From Callorhinchus milii (lineage: Eukaryota): a stretch of 64,000 nucleotides of DNA. The stretch covers positions 10,850,001 to 10,914,000 of the forward strand of contig NW_024704752.1 of NCBI RefSeq assembly GCF_018977255.1, in the 5' to 3' direction. Made by a program: the position numbers and the translations under genes. The notes beneath the pieces are model-generated. The model saw only the letters and a program-made list of their open reading frames with translations, did no database searches and was not told where the DNA came from. Positions 1 to 12,100 of the stretch are shown piece by piece; position 1 is the stretch's first letter; every line of letters starts with the position of its first letter.

Positions 1-145
1 ACACATAGACAGACACAGACAGACAGACAGCCACTCACACAGACACAGACTGACACACAGACTGACAGACAGACAGACAGACAGCAGACAGCCACTCGCA
101 CAGACACAGACAGCCACTCACACACAGACACAGACAGACAGACAG
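1..145. repeat. (CAGA)n/(CA)n compound microsatellite
   Basis: Direct reading: acagacagacacagac... repeated. The ORF at 35..274 is an artefact of this repeat. Confidence 0.9.
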
Positions 146-842
146 AGCTAATTTGGGTGGAGATCTGCCATGAAACGCTATGGGAAGCCATCGCTGGTAA
201 CAAAGAACAGATGATATATCCAAAACACACTGACCTCTTTGATGTGAAAGGGGGGGAAAGAGAAAAAAAAACAATTTCGCGACACATCCGTGTTTGTGTG
301 CGTGTTTGTGTGTGTGTGCGTGTTTTTGTGTGTGTGGTGTAAATTACACTGCAGATCTAAACAGGAAAAAAAAATAACACACACCCATTACAATGCGATG
401 GAGATGACACTGAACAATGCCATCCATCCCTGTGCGGACCCACCAGGTCTGGACGCTCAACGCATCTCATCCCCTCATTTTAACAGCAAATGTATTTCTT
501 TTCGACCAATAAAAAAAAATCCATCCAAAAAGGTGGGGGGGAGGAAAGGAAAAAAAAAATCCCACAGGAATTTTTTTTTAATATATATCATATAAAATAA
601 ACATAATATATACATATCTATATATATAGAGAGAGAAAGCATTGAACCCGATGATTGCAGCTGTCAACGCAAACCAATAAATAGATAAATAATCCAATAA
701 TAAAACAAATAAAGGAGGTTGCAAATAAGGGCGTTGATTTAGCAAATATCCCTGAAAAAGGGGGTTAGTGAGAGAGGGAGAGAGAGAGGGAGGGAAGGAG
801 GGAGGGAGGAGGGGGTTTAAAAAGGAGCAGATGTTTGGTTAC

Positions 843-1260
843 CTGCGGGGGAGCTGCTGTCCTGGGTGCTGAGGGTGAGTGAGTGAGTGAGTGGGGTGCG
901 GGAGCCCGGAGCTCAGGGCATGTCCGGCTGCGGTGCGGTGCGGATGCTGAGGCTGCGGGTGATGCTGAGGCTGCGGCTGATGCTGAGGCTGCGGGTGAGG
1001 GGGCGCCGCTCACTGCTCACTCACTGCCTGACTGGAGCTCCTGCACTGACCCTCACGCACTCACTCACTCGCTCACTCACTGCGCTCATCATCATCATCA
1101 TCGCCGCCGCCGTTCGTTTGTTCGTTCTTTCGGTCGTTCCGCCCTCAGTCGCTCATTCACTCACTCATTCACTCACGTGGAGCGCTGCGGTAACCACTGC
1201 GGCAGCGACGCTCGGCAGCCACCGGGGGCCACCGGGCACCAGCCAGTGACGCAGCGCTAA
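843..1260 (-). other. Probable non-coding first exon / CpG-island 5' end of a minus-strand gene running off the left edge (KIF1A-like by synteny)
   Basis: CpG-rich block about 845-1290. Minus-strand donor CCCCGCAG|GTAACC at 843/842. The ATG nearest the donor gives ATG-CCC-TGA. An RE1 motif lies inside. In human, KIF1A lies head-to-head with AGXT; the identity here is inferred from that alone. Confidence 0.5.
853..873 (-). promoter_or_regulatory. RE1/NRSE (REST-binding site)
   Basis: Minus strand reads CTCAGCACCCAGGACAGCAGC against consensus TTCAGCACCACGGACAGCGCC. Both half-sites (TCAGCACC, GGACAG) are intact with the canonical 2-nt spacer. Confidence 0.75.
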
Positions 1261-1304
1261 CACGGAGGGCAAACCGATACACAGCGGTGACTGGTGGAGC
1301 TGAA

Positions 1305-2300
1305 CACCAACACTAGCCAGGGGTTCACTAGCCAGGGGCTCACTAGCCAGGGACTCACTAGCCAGGGGCTCACTAGCCAGGGACTCACTAGCCAGGGGCT
1401 CACTAGCCAGGGACTCACTAGCCAGGAGCTTAATAACCAGGGGCTCACTAGCCAGGAGCTTAATAATCAGGGGCTCACTAGCCAGGAGCTCACTAGCCAG
1501 GAGCTTAATAATCAGGGGCTCACTAGCCAGGAGCTCACTAGCCAGGGACTCACTACCAGGGACTCACTAGCCAGGAGCTTAATAACCAGGGACTCACTAG
1601 CCAGGAGCTTAATAATCAGGGGCTCACTAGCCAGGAGCTCACTAGCCAGGGGCTCACTAGCCAGGGACTCACTAGCCAGGGACTCACTAGCCAGGAGCTT
1701 AATAACCAGGGGCTCACTAGCCAGGGACTCACTAGCCAGGAGCTTAATAACCAGGGGCTTAATAACCAGGGGCTCACTAGCCAGGGACTCACTAACCAGG
1801 GACTCACTAGCCAGGGACTCACTAGCCAGGGGCTCACTAGCCAGGAGCTTAATAACCAGGGACTCACTAGCCAGGGACTCACTAGCCAGGGACTCACTAG
1901 CCAGGGACTCAACACTAACCAGGGACTCACTAGCCAGGGGCTCACTAGCCAGGAGCTTAATAACCAGGGACTCACTAGCCAGGGACTCACTAGCCAGGAG
2001 CTTAATAACCAGGGACTCACTAGCCAGGAGCTCACTAGCCAGGGGCTCAACACTAACCAGGGACTCACTAGCCAGGGACTCACTAGCCAGGGGCTCAACA
2101 CTAACCAGGGACTCACTAGCCAGGGACTCAACACTAGCCAGGGACTCAACACTAACCAGGGACTCACTAGCCAGGGGCTCAACACTAGCCAGGGACTCAA
2201 CACTAGCCAGGGGCTTAATAACCAGGGACTCAACACTGACCAGGGATTTAATAACCAGGGACTCAACACTAACCAGGGAGTTAACACTAATTGAATACTG
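1305..2300. repeat. 15-bp minisatellite (CACTAGCCAGGG[G/A]CT with variants AATAACCAGG and 18-bp CAACACTAACCAGG units); degenerate copies continue to about 2700
   Basis: About 60 or more visible units. Produces the spurious TSQGL/SLARD/PWLVS ORFs. Confidence 0.95.
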
Positions 2301-2849
2301 CCCAGAGACTTAACACCAACCATAAGACCATAAGAATTGTTGGATTAAAGATGTCCAAGGTCCATCCAATTCACTTTCCACCATCCTGTCAGTCTCATGC
2401 ATGTCATGTCCGAAACCATATACTGTATCCCAAGATATTATTTCCCAAAGGAAATCTAATCTAACCTGGGATTCAGCACTAACTAAATGCTAAGACCTCA
2501 ACACCAACTAGGGATTCAGCACTAACTAAAACCTAACTAGGGACTCAACACCATCAAAGGGCCCAGCACTAATCAACAAGTCAGAACTAAGAACCCAGTA
2601 CTAACTAAGGACCTATGTGGAGATTTGGCAGTAACCAGAGCTCTTGCGTCAACTAGGGATCGTGTGCTAACTAGAAACTCAGGACCAAGTTGGGAGCAAT
2701 CCACAAAATTGGCTATTGACAGGGAAATGCCAATTAGACTGCAGCACAATACCAGCCCAACACTTACAGTCCCAGCATTGCCACTGCTCTCAAGATGTCA
2801 GCCCTAATCCAACTTTTTCCCACCCCGCACAGTTGTTCCTTTTATAGTA

Positions 2850-3268
2850 ATAATAATATTTAATAATCCTTGCATTTGTTATGTATCCTTGCCTTTCACG
2901 TCAGAAGGATGTGCCAAAGCGGGATTTATTGTGGAGTGGCTATGTATTTGTACGTAAACATTGCAACCCAATTGCCCACGGCAAACAACCATGAAACAAT
3001 ATTTTGGGGGGATTATTGGCCACAATACCAGGAGAAATCCCCTTCTCTTTTAGAACAGTGTCGTGGGATCTTTAACATCCACCTAAACAGGGAGACAGAA
3101 CCTCGGTTTAACGTCTCGTCTGAAAGACAGCACTTCCAATAATGCAACCCCACCCCCACCCTGCAGCACTGTATTTGAGTGTCATTTTAGACTATGTGAG
3201 TTCATGTCCCAACATGGGGCTTGAACCCCCAACGTTCTGACTCAGAGGGAAGGATGCTACCACTGAGT
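2850..3268 (-). mobile_element. Old DeuSINE (SacSINE1-like): tRNA head, Deu domain, L2-type tail
   Basis: Minus strand reads CTCAGTGGTAGCA..CCTCTGAGTCAGAA..GGTTCAAG..GTCTTTCAGACGAGACGTTAAACCGAGG..AGGTGGATGTTAAAGATCCC..CCTGG, matching the shark DeuSINE pattern from memory. Confidence 0.7.
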
Positions 3269-3278
3269 GCTACCATTG

Positions 3279-3650
3279 GGGTCCTGTAGCTCAGTGGTTA
3301 GATCACTCACCTCACAGTTGAGAGTCCTGGATTCTATTCCCAGGCAGGGCTAAATGTTGGGCAAGTTTCCTTACTCCACATGCCTCTGTTCACCGAGCAG
3401 TAAGTAAGAACCCGGTTGATAGTCGATTGTTGGGTCACTTTTCTGGGGATAATAATCCCTCAAGAAAAAAAAATAATTTGGTCACGCAATCCACGACTGT
3501 TTGTGGGCCACTGCTGTGTGCAATTGGTTGCCATGTTTCACCCACAAATATACAATCAATTCAATTGATAGTATATTCTGTGAAGCGCTTTGAGATGTCT
3601 AAAAGACGTGAAAAGCCCTATATCAAATGCAAGGATTATTATTATTATTA
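3279..3650 (+). mobile_element. tRNA-derived SINE, long form (SINE2-type, L2 tail)
   Basis: GGGTCCTGTAGCTCAGTGGTTAGA (A box) ... GGATTCTATTCCC (B box) ... GAAGCGCTTTGAGATGTC..GACGTGAAAAGC..ATATCAAATGCAAGG(ATT)n. About 10 copies occur in the window. Confidence 0.9.
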
Positions 3651-5799
3651 TCTCAACAATCAGACCCCAATGTATAACAAAGCTCAAACCCAAACCCTGC
3701 CAACCATATCTCTCACATTGCCGGCCTCTAACTATCTTGATCCCAATTTTGCTAATAAGGTTATAAGGCCTCTGACTCAGCATACAGCAACTCTGCAAAT
3801 ACTTCCAGCATTTTCCAATAAACTGTGATGACTATCTAAATTCAGGTTGATACGTTTTAACATTTGTTCAAAGGATATCAAAAAAGATGAATCACCAGAA
3901 AAGGAACTTGAAAACATGGTACTATTTATCGGAAATGCCATGATTCATGGTCAATTAGTCTAAAAGCCACTGTGGAAATCAAACATCCACACACCAGGCC
4001 TTGACATAAACTACACAGCTGAAATGAAACCTGAAATGTACATCAGACGAGGTGATATGCATATTTAAGATAGACAAGTCTCCAATTTAATCCTCCCTTG
4101 AGCTCTCAGGAATTTGTATTCCTAAAGCAATGCAGTTATATTACTGTTTGGGTAAGAAGTATGGGACACTTTAACTTTTAATACACATCCTATTTGATAT
4201 TGAAATGTTCCATGGTTACAACCTGGTGATTTCATGTTAGCCTCTTTTGTTTCCCTTAAACAACTCTTTATCCATGTATTCATCTTGAGCAGGGGATCAA
4301 TAACAGCTGCAAATTATTATTTTACACAGAATGATATAGCACAGAAATAGGCCCAATTGTAAATTTCACGCAATGAAATAACAATTGCAATTGATTTTCA
4401 GCACTGTTTCTTGGAATAAGTTGTTGTTTCCTTCTTGTGCAATTTTCAATGCAAATGTCACATGAAATGTCATCTGAAGACCTAAAGATTCCTCTTTTTC
4501 TCTATTCCCTCACAGTATCTTATGGAAACAAAAAACAGTGCTGAGATGTTTTGGGTATTGTGATTCTGGTTGCACAGAAATATCTTCACACGGTCCTTAT
4601 ACAACATATCTCAGATAACCGTTATTTGCTGCTTGGCCTCTGTGGCTGAAACAATCAAAGCTATTTAACTGTAAGCAGGCCTTGTGTTTCAGCCAACGGC
4701 ACTTTGTTTAGCTCTTTTGTTCCTTTCCCCTTTCTCTGATTTTGCTAATTGACAGAAAATCATTTCCAGCATCAAGCGCTTATCAGAAACTTGCAAAATG
4801 AAAAGTTCAGTTTTTTGAACAAGAATTGACTAAATGTGATCTCAATGTAGAGAAATGTATTTTGGTTATTTGGTCCATCTGCTCAGCTGCTAAGCTAGGT
4901 GAACCAAGGTTATAGAGTTAGCAGAAACCCAGGTACGTTCACCAAAAAACAACAGCCCCATAGGTGGCAGTCTCAAGGTTTCAGCTTCTACCTTAATGGT
5001 TTCAAACGTTCCATTTCATCTTGTCAAAGAGAAATGAAATACCACCGAGTTTACTTTGCAAGCTGATTATTGCAATTCATTTCATCCGTCAACTTCACCA
5101 CCTGAAGTTTTTTTTTCACCAAATTATGACTTTACATAAATCATAATAATTGCAACAAGAAGCCACTAAATAATATTATATTATATATATATATATAAAA
5201 CATATGTTATATATATCTCACAGCCCAGCCTAACAGTGCCTGCAGATCAAGGAGTGCTGCTTTCAGGGATCCACTTCATATTGCCAATCAGAACACAAAA
5301 CTTAGAACGCCAATAATTGACCACAAAGAACATTAGGCAATAAAGCATATAAATGTCTCATAAAATGTGAACCAGATGGCTATGGTGCACTGCTACTTCA
5401 CTTCTTCTCTGTGGAAACTGCAGCATGTTGAAGTACCTCAGCTATGATTTGCAAGACTGTTTGCCCACATTCAGGCTCTGGGCAAGTGGTTGTACTTTAT
5501 TTTGTTTTCAACCTTCTATCCATTATGGTGGAGCTTTTGTCCAAGCCTGCTTTAACAAGCATTTATCAAACGTAATATTCATTTTCCCATTGATTGACAT
5601 TTTATTACTCTTCTTCAAAAAAATTCAAAACATTAATGTATACACCGATTTCATGGTTAGTGTTTTCTGAAGCTACACTTAGAACACATGCTGCTTAGAC
5701 TCCACTATATCAGCTGATCATGAACCCAAAGTTCATTGCACATAATTGGAGCTAAATATTGATCGTACTTCAGGCTGATAACTGAAAATTGTGATATGG

Positions 5800-6010
5800 T
5801 ACGATGTGAGAAGCCAATTTATTTTGGAGGACAATTGACCAGGACACCAGGAGATATTCTCTTTACTATATTCTCTTTTCATGGGGTCTTCAATATCCAC
5901 CTCAACAGGCTGTTGGGACCTCGATTTAACATCTTATCTAAAGGGTGGCACGTCCAACAATATAGAGCTCCACTTACACTGCACCGAAGTGTCAACAGTG
6001 ACTAAGCTGT
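5800..6010 (-). mobile_element. DeuSINE fragment
   Basis: Similar to 2850-3268 (GACCAGGACACCAGGAGA..GGTCTTCAATATCCACCT..CTCGATTTAACATCT). Confidence 0.55.
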
Positions 6011-7809
6011 TATTTTTCTGCTTGCAGTTTCTTCAGGTGCTCTGCTTACACTATGACACGGTGAGGATTTAAAACTATGACACGGTGTTTTGCAAATTCA
6101 TTAAAAATCTTCCGGTCAATACAGAAAGTCTGGTGGAAGGTTTACTACTCAGTCTGCTATTTCAAAGTTGTGCACAAGCAGATAATAGCAAAAGGCCCCT
6201 TCAAACACAGTAACACAATATCTTCTGCTGTGATCTAAACCTCACAATATACTGGAGGACACACAAAGATGATGCAGCTTTTCATTCAATTAAATAAATG
6301 GATAGTTATTGAGATTAACGAGGGAACTATCTGACCATATTACTCAATCCAATACACTTGGAAGATATTTAGGAATTAATTCTATTTCTCCCACACCACT
6401 CCTTTTTTTTACATATATGTTTCCTAATGTACATTTTTCTCCATGCCGTTGCATTAAGAATTCCTCAATTCTCCAACCATTCTTGGGAATTAATTAGCAA
6501 GGGGATTGGACAACTGGAAATCTATGAAATGGAAAATAGTTGAAAGTAACACTACCAACTATAATTCCATACTGTCGAAGGTTTTGGAAGAGCATAATTC
6601 TATGCAATGCAAGTCAATGTCACAGGGTTAAGTCCATCTGTATTCTATACTATGGTAAAGATTAAAGTAATTTGACCAGGTATAAATGCACACAATGGAA
6701 ATAAAGAGTAGTATTTATTTAAATGTTATATATTTGGAGGAAAAGTGAAGTAGCTGGGCAGTTGGAAATCTAAAGAGACAGACAAAAGGGAAAATGTTTG
6801 GTCTAAGGTTCCTGACTCTGGACTCTAAAGTAAAGTTCACATTCCTAGACACAGACCAATGTATTTCACTATTTCTATGCTGACACAAATGAATTCAGCA
6901 TGAAAACCTGAAGCTCATAGCTTCATTGCGTGCATTTGCATCTGCTCACCACACAATTTTTAAAGAATTTAACACATTAATTTATGAGTCAGATCATATT
7001 AATTGTATGCCTGTGATAGAATAGTGGATGGAAAGTTGGATGATTGAGATGGCTGGGATGACTCATGTACTCTGACAAATAACTTCAACGAGGCACGATC
7101 AATAATTGGCCATCATATTGCTCTGATTGTCACTCCTACGTTGCTTTAACAAGTGCAAATGTAATAATAAATAATTCTTGCATGCATTTGTATCATTTAA
7201 TATTTAGTAATTTATATAACCCAGACACCATACTGTTGAGTTACAGAAGTTAAAACTTCCTTTGAAAGGGGTGTCGATGGGACACTATCCCTCCATACAA
7301 GGAGTTCTTTGCTCTCAGAACTCAATAGCATAAACTGAATGATGACCTTATCCAAATTTAAAATGAACAGGGTATGTGGAAACCAAGGATGTCCCAATGA
7401 TAAAATGAATAAATATAGCAAGTACTAAATAATCGTGCGCAGATGAGGCCAACATTAACCCAAAGATCAAGCAGAAATAATTTTAAACTGCAAGGAAATA
7501 AAAAACAAGCAAGGACATAGTCTTACAAAAGCCAGTTGAGGTAGATTATGTCTGTTTTATATTCAAAGGCAGTTTCAATAAGAAGTGGCTGTACAATGCT
7601 GGTATTGTAAAATTCAGCTGTTTACACTGTGAACATTCCACATCATGAACAGTAGCATATTATATTGGTTCTATGTTGTCTGCTTTAGTTTTCAATTCAC
7701 TTTGACTATAGCAGGAAGAACTTGGATTTTATAGAGCATTGAAATGTCTCAAAACGGCTTCAAAACTAATTCATTTAAAGTGATTGTTTCTTGTAGATAA
7801 AGTTGGTAG

Positions 7810-8177
7810 TTGGCACCTCCCTGTCTCTCCGACCTCCTCACTCTCCAGCCCACCATCTGCCCCTCTGCTCGACTGGCACCGGCCTCCTGCTTGTCCTTCA
7901 CACCCACCGCTCTACCATTGGAGGTCATGCTTTCAGCCACTACACCCCGAAGCTGTGGAACACTCTCCCTCAATTCCTCCGCCTTGCCCCCACTCTCCCC
8001 TTTTTCAATTCTCACCTGAAAACCCTCCTTTTCGACCGTGCTTACGTCACCTTCCCCCTCCCCCACCCCACTCCTCCCCCAACATCCCCAGCTTGGAGTT
8101 AGGCTCCGCCACTGTTAAGCGCTCTGAGACACTACCCTGCGTGGAGGATGCTATATAAATGCAAGTTGTTGTTGTTG
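7810..8177 (+). mobile_element. L2 (CR1 superfamily) LINE 3' fragment
   Basis: Translates to APPCLSDLL..IGGHAFSHYTPKLWNTLP..FNSHLKTLLF, the L2 ORF2 C-terminus. Tail is AAGCGCT..ATATAAATGCAA(GTT)n. Confidence 0.85.
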
Positions 8178-8511
8178 TCGCCATTTGCGACAAGGTCCCC
8201 CAAAAAGCCATGAGATCAAAGACATTTCACCTGGAGAATTTCAGCCACGACACCAGGAGAAACTCTTTTCTAAAAATGTCATGGAATTTTTAACATCAAC
8301 CCATAATCTAAACATTGGCTTTAACATCTCATCTGAATACTGCACTGGATTATCACAAGGCAATCAATTTTAGCTTTGCAACTGAGACCAATTGCTGCAC
8401 AAACTAATATGATCTATGAACTGGTACATACATGTGCCCCAAACATTTAATATTTAACCGCTTTACCAAAGCATTTTCTTTGTAAATTCTCAAAGTTTAA
8501 ATAATAAACAA

Positions 8512-8813
8512 TAAAATAATCCTTGCATTTGATGTAGCGTTTTTCAGATCTCAAAAGAGCTTCACAAAAGATACTGTAAAATGAATTGACTGTATATTTT
8601 GTGGGCAAAACGGAGCAGCCAATTGTGCACAGCAGTGTCCCACAAACAGTCGTGGATTGAGTGACCAAATTATTATTGTTTTTTTTCTTCTTGAGGGATT
8701 ATTATCAGGCGTGTGGAGTCAGCAAACTTGCCCAAGGTTTCGCCCTGCCGGGAATGGAACCCAGGTCTCTCGCTTGCGAGGTGAGTGCTCTAACCACTGA
8801 GCTACAGGACTCC
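8512..8813 (-). mobile_element. tRNA-derived SINE, short form
   Basis: Reverse complement of the SINE at 3279, lacking the internal ~60-bp segment. Confidence 0.9.
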
Positions 8814-9174
8814 AACTCTAACAGAAAATAACAGAGTCTCTCAGACTATTCTAAAATAGTTCTGGCGAGTTACAAGTTGCTTTACAATTTGCTAGGTGTT
8901 TTTGATCAGGAGGCATTTTATTTTCATTTTCATCTGCATAACATTTTCATCTGCTGTAACACACCTATCGCATTTCTGCAATAGTACAACACATGCTACT
9001 GTAACACACCTATCATACTCCTGCACTTGAAGGACTTTGTCCTGTGCGTGATTCTATGTCCATTTGAACTTGTTGAACTTGTTGCTTAGACCTGCTCTGT
9101 CAGTTTAAGTGTTCCACCTGATTCCAGCGATCAGAGATTGTTGGGTTGTTAGATTCCAAACAGTTGCTTGAGAA

Positions 9175-12100
9175 ATGGAAGTGGGGTCTGAATTAACTAT
9201 GGTGAGGAGCAAGAGGGTGGTGTTGAACTCCAGAACTTGCCCAGCTGACATTGTCATAAAAGGGGGAAAAATTGTGGAGATTCTCACTGATGGAAGAACA
9301 TCAGCACAAACACCGAGAGAGAAGGTAAAACAACCGTGAAAGAACTGGTGTGTTAACAGTAGGGATGGTATTCTGGAACAATGAAATCAAATGAGCAGAA
9401 GGGCCTCTTTTATCTGTGCTGCTATTGGGAATTGTGCGGTGAGGACGCAGAAAGACGCTTTGAAGGTAACTGTCCGCCAATGGTGAGAATTTACTGCTCT
9501 CCAAAGACACTGAATTGTCGACTGGTGGTGATAATTAAATAAATATCCATTGGCTAGTTAGATCCAAATGTTTATTTGCTACTTTGACTAGGGATATGAG
9601 GCACATGGAACTGTGTTTCACAAAATTCCATTAATCCACTGGGAAATGGAATTTAAGAATTACCTTATACTTTATAAATTAATAAAGATAAAAGTACACT
9701 GTCATAGCAGTATTGAATCGAAATACACTATTTGCTGTGTCCTTATATGGTGATACTGTATCTAGTGGACTGTGGCTTTATCTCGGACTGCACCTGTCCA
9801 ATTAGATTGACATGGTCACTTTAAGAGATTTCAGGCAGGTGAATCCAAGGCTAATAATTGATAAAATGCTGCACTACTTTGCTATTTGTATTCTCTGACC
9901 TTCATAAATGATTGACTCTGGGCAGATTCTGGATGTCGGGGACCTCGTGGTGATGGCTGGTATTGTGGACAGTCATGTCCATGTTAATGAGCCTGGCCGA
10001 ACTGACTGGGAAGGCTACTGGACAGCAACAAAGTCTGCGGCAGCTGGAGGAATAACAACGATTGTTGACATGCCTCTGTAAGAAACTGGGATATGAGAAT
10101 CAACTTAGAGATAAAGTGGTTTCCTCCAAGGATTAATGAATCTCCTTCAATTATCAAGAAATGTTTATTCAATGATTGCGAATGGAAATTTGAATGACAT
10201 GCGAGCCAATATACTGGAAGGTTAAGCCTATAGGTTGCTCTATATTATGAACCCAAATGTGCTAGACTTCTAAACCCCACAATTATAATGCAGCATCAAA
10301 CATGTTTTTTTGTATGAAACTCGTATTATTCCCACAGCTTTCCCATCAATTCCCTCCAATTTACTTAGATTTTTTGTTATTTTGTTCTACTGATCAAAAT
10401 AATCATAGACCTCCCTGACGAAGGGTCGTGGACCCGAAATGTTGACTCACTTTCCTCTCTCCATAGATGCTGCCTAACCTGCTGAGTGTTCCTTGCGACT
10501 TCTGTTTTTGTTTCAGAATTACGGCAACTGCAGTATTTTGCATTTTGTTTTTACTTTGTTAAGGTCTTGTTAGAGGATCTAGTCCTGCAAGTTTAAATTT
10601 CTCACAGACATTTCCCAACTTACATTAGTACGTGGTATTCAGTACACATATGAATGAATGGAAAATTATATAAAACCCGGCATTAGCACACTTCTCAATA
10701 TGAGGAACATTACCATATGTAATTTGCCTGCCCCTGAAACATTTGACATTTAGTAAATTAGCATCAAATTGTTTGTGCAATTTTGAAAACACATTAATGC
10801 AGAAGCCTTCAGCAGAAATTTAAATAGCGTCAGTTTGATATACTGTATAAGGTAAGATAAATAATAATAATCCTTGCATTTGATATAGTGCTTTTCATGT
10901 CTTCTAGACATCTCAAAGCGCTCAACAGCATATACTGTAAAGTGGATTGATTATATTTGTGGGTGAAACGCAGCAGCCAATTGCACACAGCAGTGTTGCA
11001 CAAACAGCCATGGATTGAGTGACCAAATTATTAAAGATGCACAATTAACAGCCTTAAGTACTTTATAGCAGCTTTAAACATGACAGATATTTTACTGCTT
11101 ATTGTCATCAGTTTTATTCCATCCCCTTTTTCTGAAGGTGTTCAATATCTCCATAGAAGTCCCCTTGCAACCTCCAGTGTTTCCCTCACGTGCCTTATTG
11201 ACACGTTAAGACTTGATATTGAGTTTGGCAGACAATTCAACCAAAGACAGCATCAAGTGAAGCCTCATCCTGATTTAAGTAGTAGAATTTTAGAAAGATT
11301 GCTTAATGGCTTAATTATCATTGCTTACCACTTGATCAATCCATGAGGAAATTGACTGCCCATTTGCCTACGAATACACAGTCACTACACTTCACAGTAA
11401 AATCTTATGAAGAGCTTTGAGATGTTGTCGATGATGTGATCAGGCACCATATCAAACACAAGGATTAATATAATATCAGTCTCACCATATAATCATAAGT
11501 AAGTCTAAGAGAAATAAATTTGCTATTCATGCTACAGTTCAAAAAATTCTTTCCAAATTATTAGTCCTACTGTATTTAACTGTTTAGAACATCTCTTTGG
11601 GAATATTTAGAAGCCTGCAATGTTTGATGTTGCAATTACGAGTGGCTTTATTAGTGAAAATAGAATGTATTTTCTCAAGGTGAACCTTGAGAAAAAATAT
11701 TAGTTTGAATGGTGTGTGGATGGCATCACCTAGTGGCACAAACTTATATTGGAGTTATTGCTGTCCTCTTAATAGCAGCACTGGATCAAGTGACACTGTT
11801 TGTGTTTGTCAAGGGAGCAATCACACTGTATAGATGTAAATGATGTGTGTGGACAACAATCTGTTAACTTTTTCCATGTGTGCAGGAACAGCATTCCACC
11901 GACAACCACACTTGAGAATTTCCAAATGAAACTTCAAATGGCCAGAGGCCAGTGCTTTGTGGACACTGCATTCTGGGGCGGTGTTATCCCAGGCAACCAG
12001 GTAAATTATTCATCTTTTCCGATTCTATGTAATCGCTAGCAGGTTCTGTTCCCTGGGTTCCGTGGTCATTCCATCGAGTTCTCTAGAATGTGTTTCAAAA

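Noticed and set aside
1294-2323. 339-aa repeat protein or CRISPR-like array
   Set aside because: No ATG start, frame changes mid-array, no unique spacers, and eukaryotic context; this is a minisatellite.
5425-6060. Upstream coding exons extending the allantoinase N-terminus (MLKYLS.. with a GC donor; exon-like 6028-6060)
   Set aside because: An in-frame TGA at 9169 blocks any extension. These could be 5' UTR exons, but that cannot be supported without transcripts.
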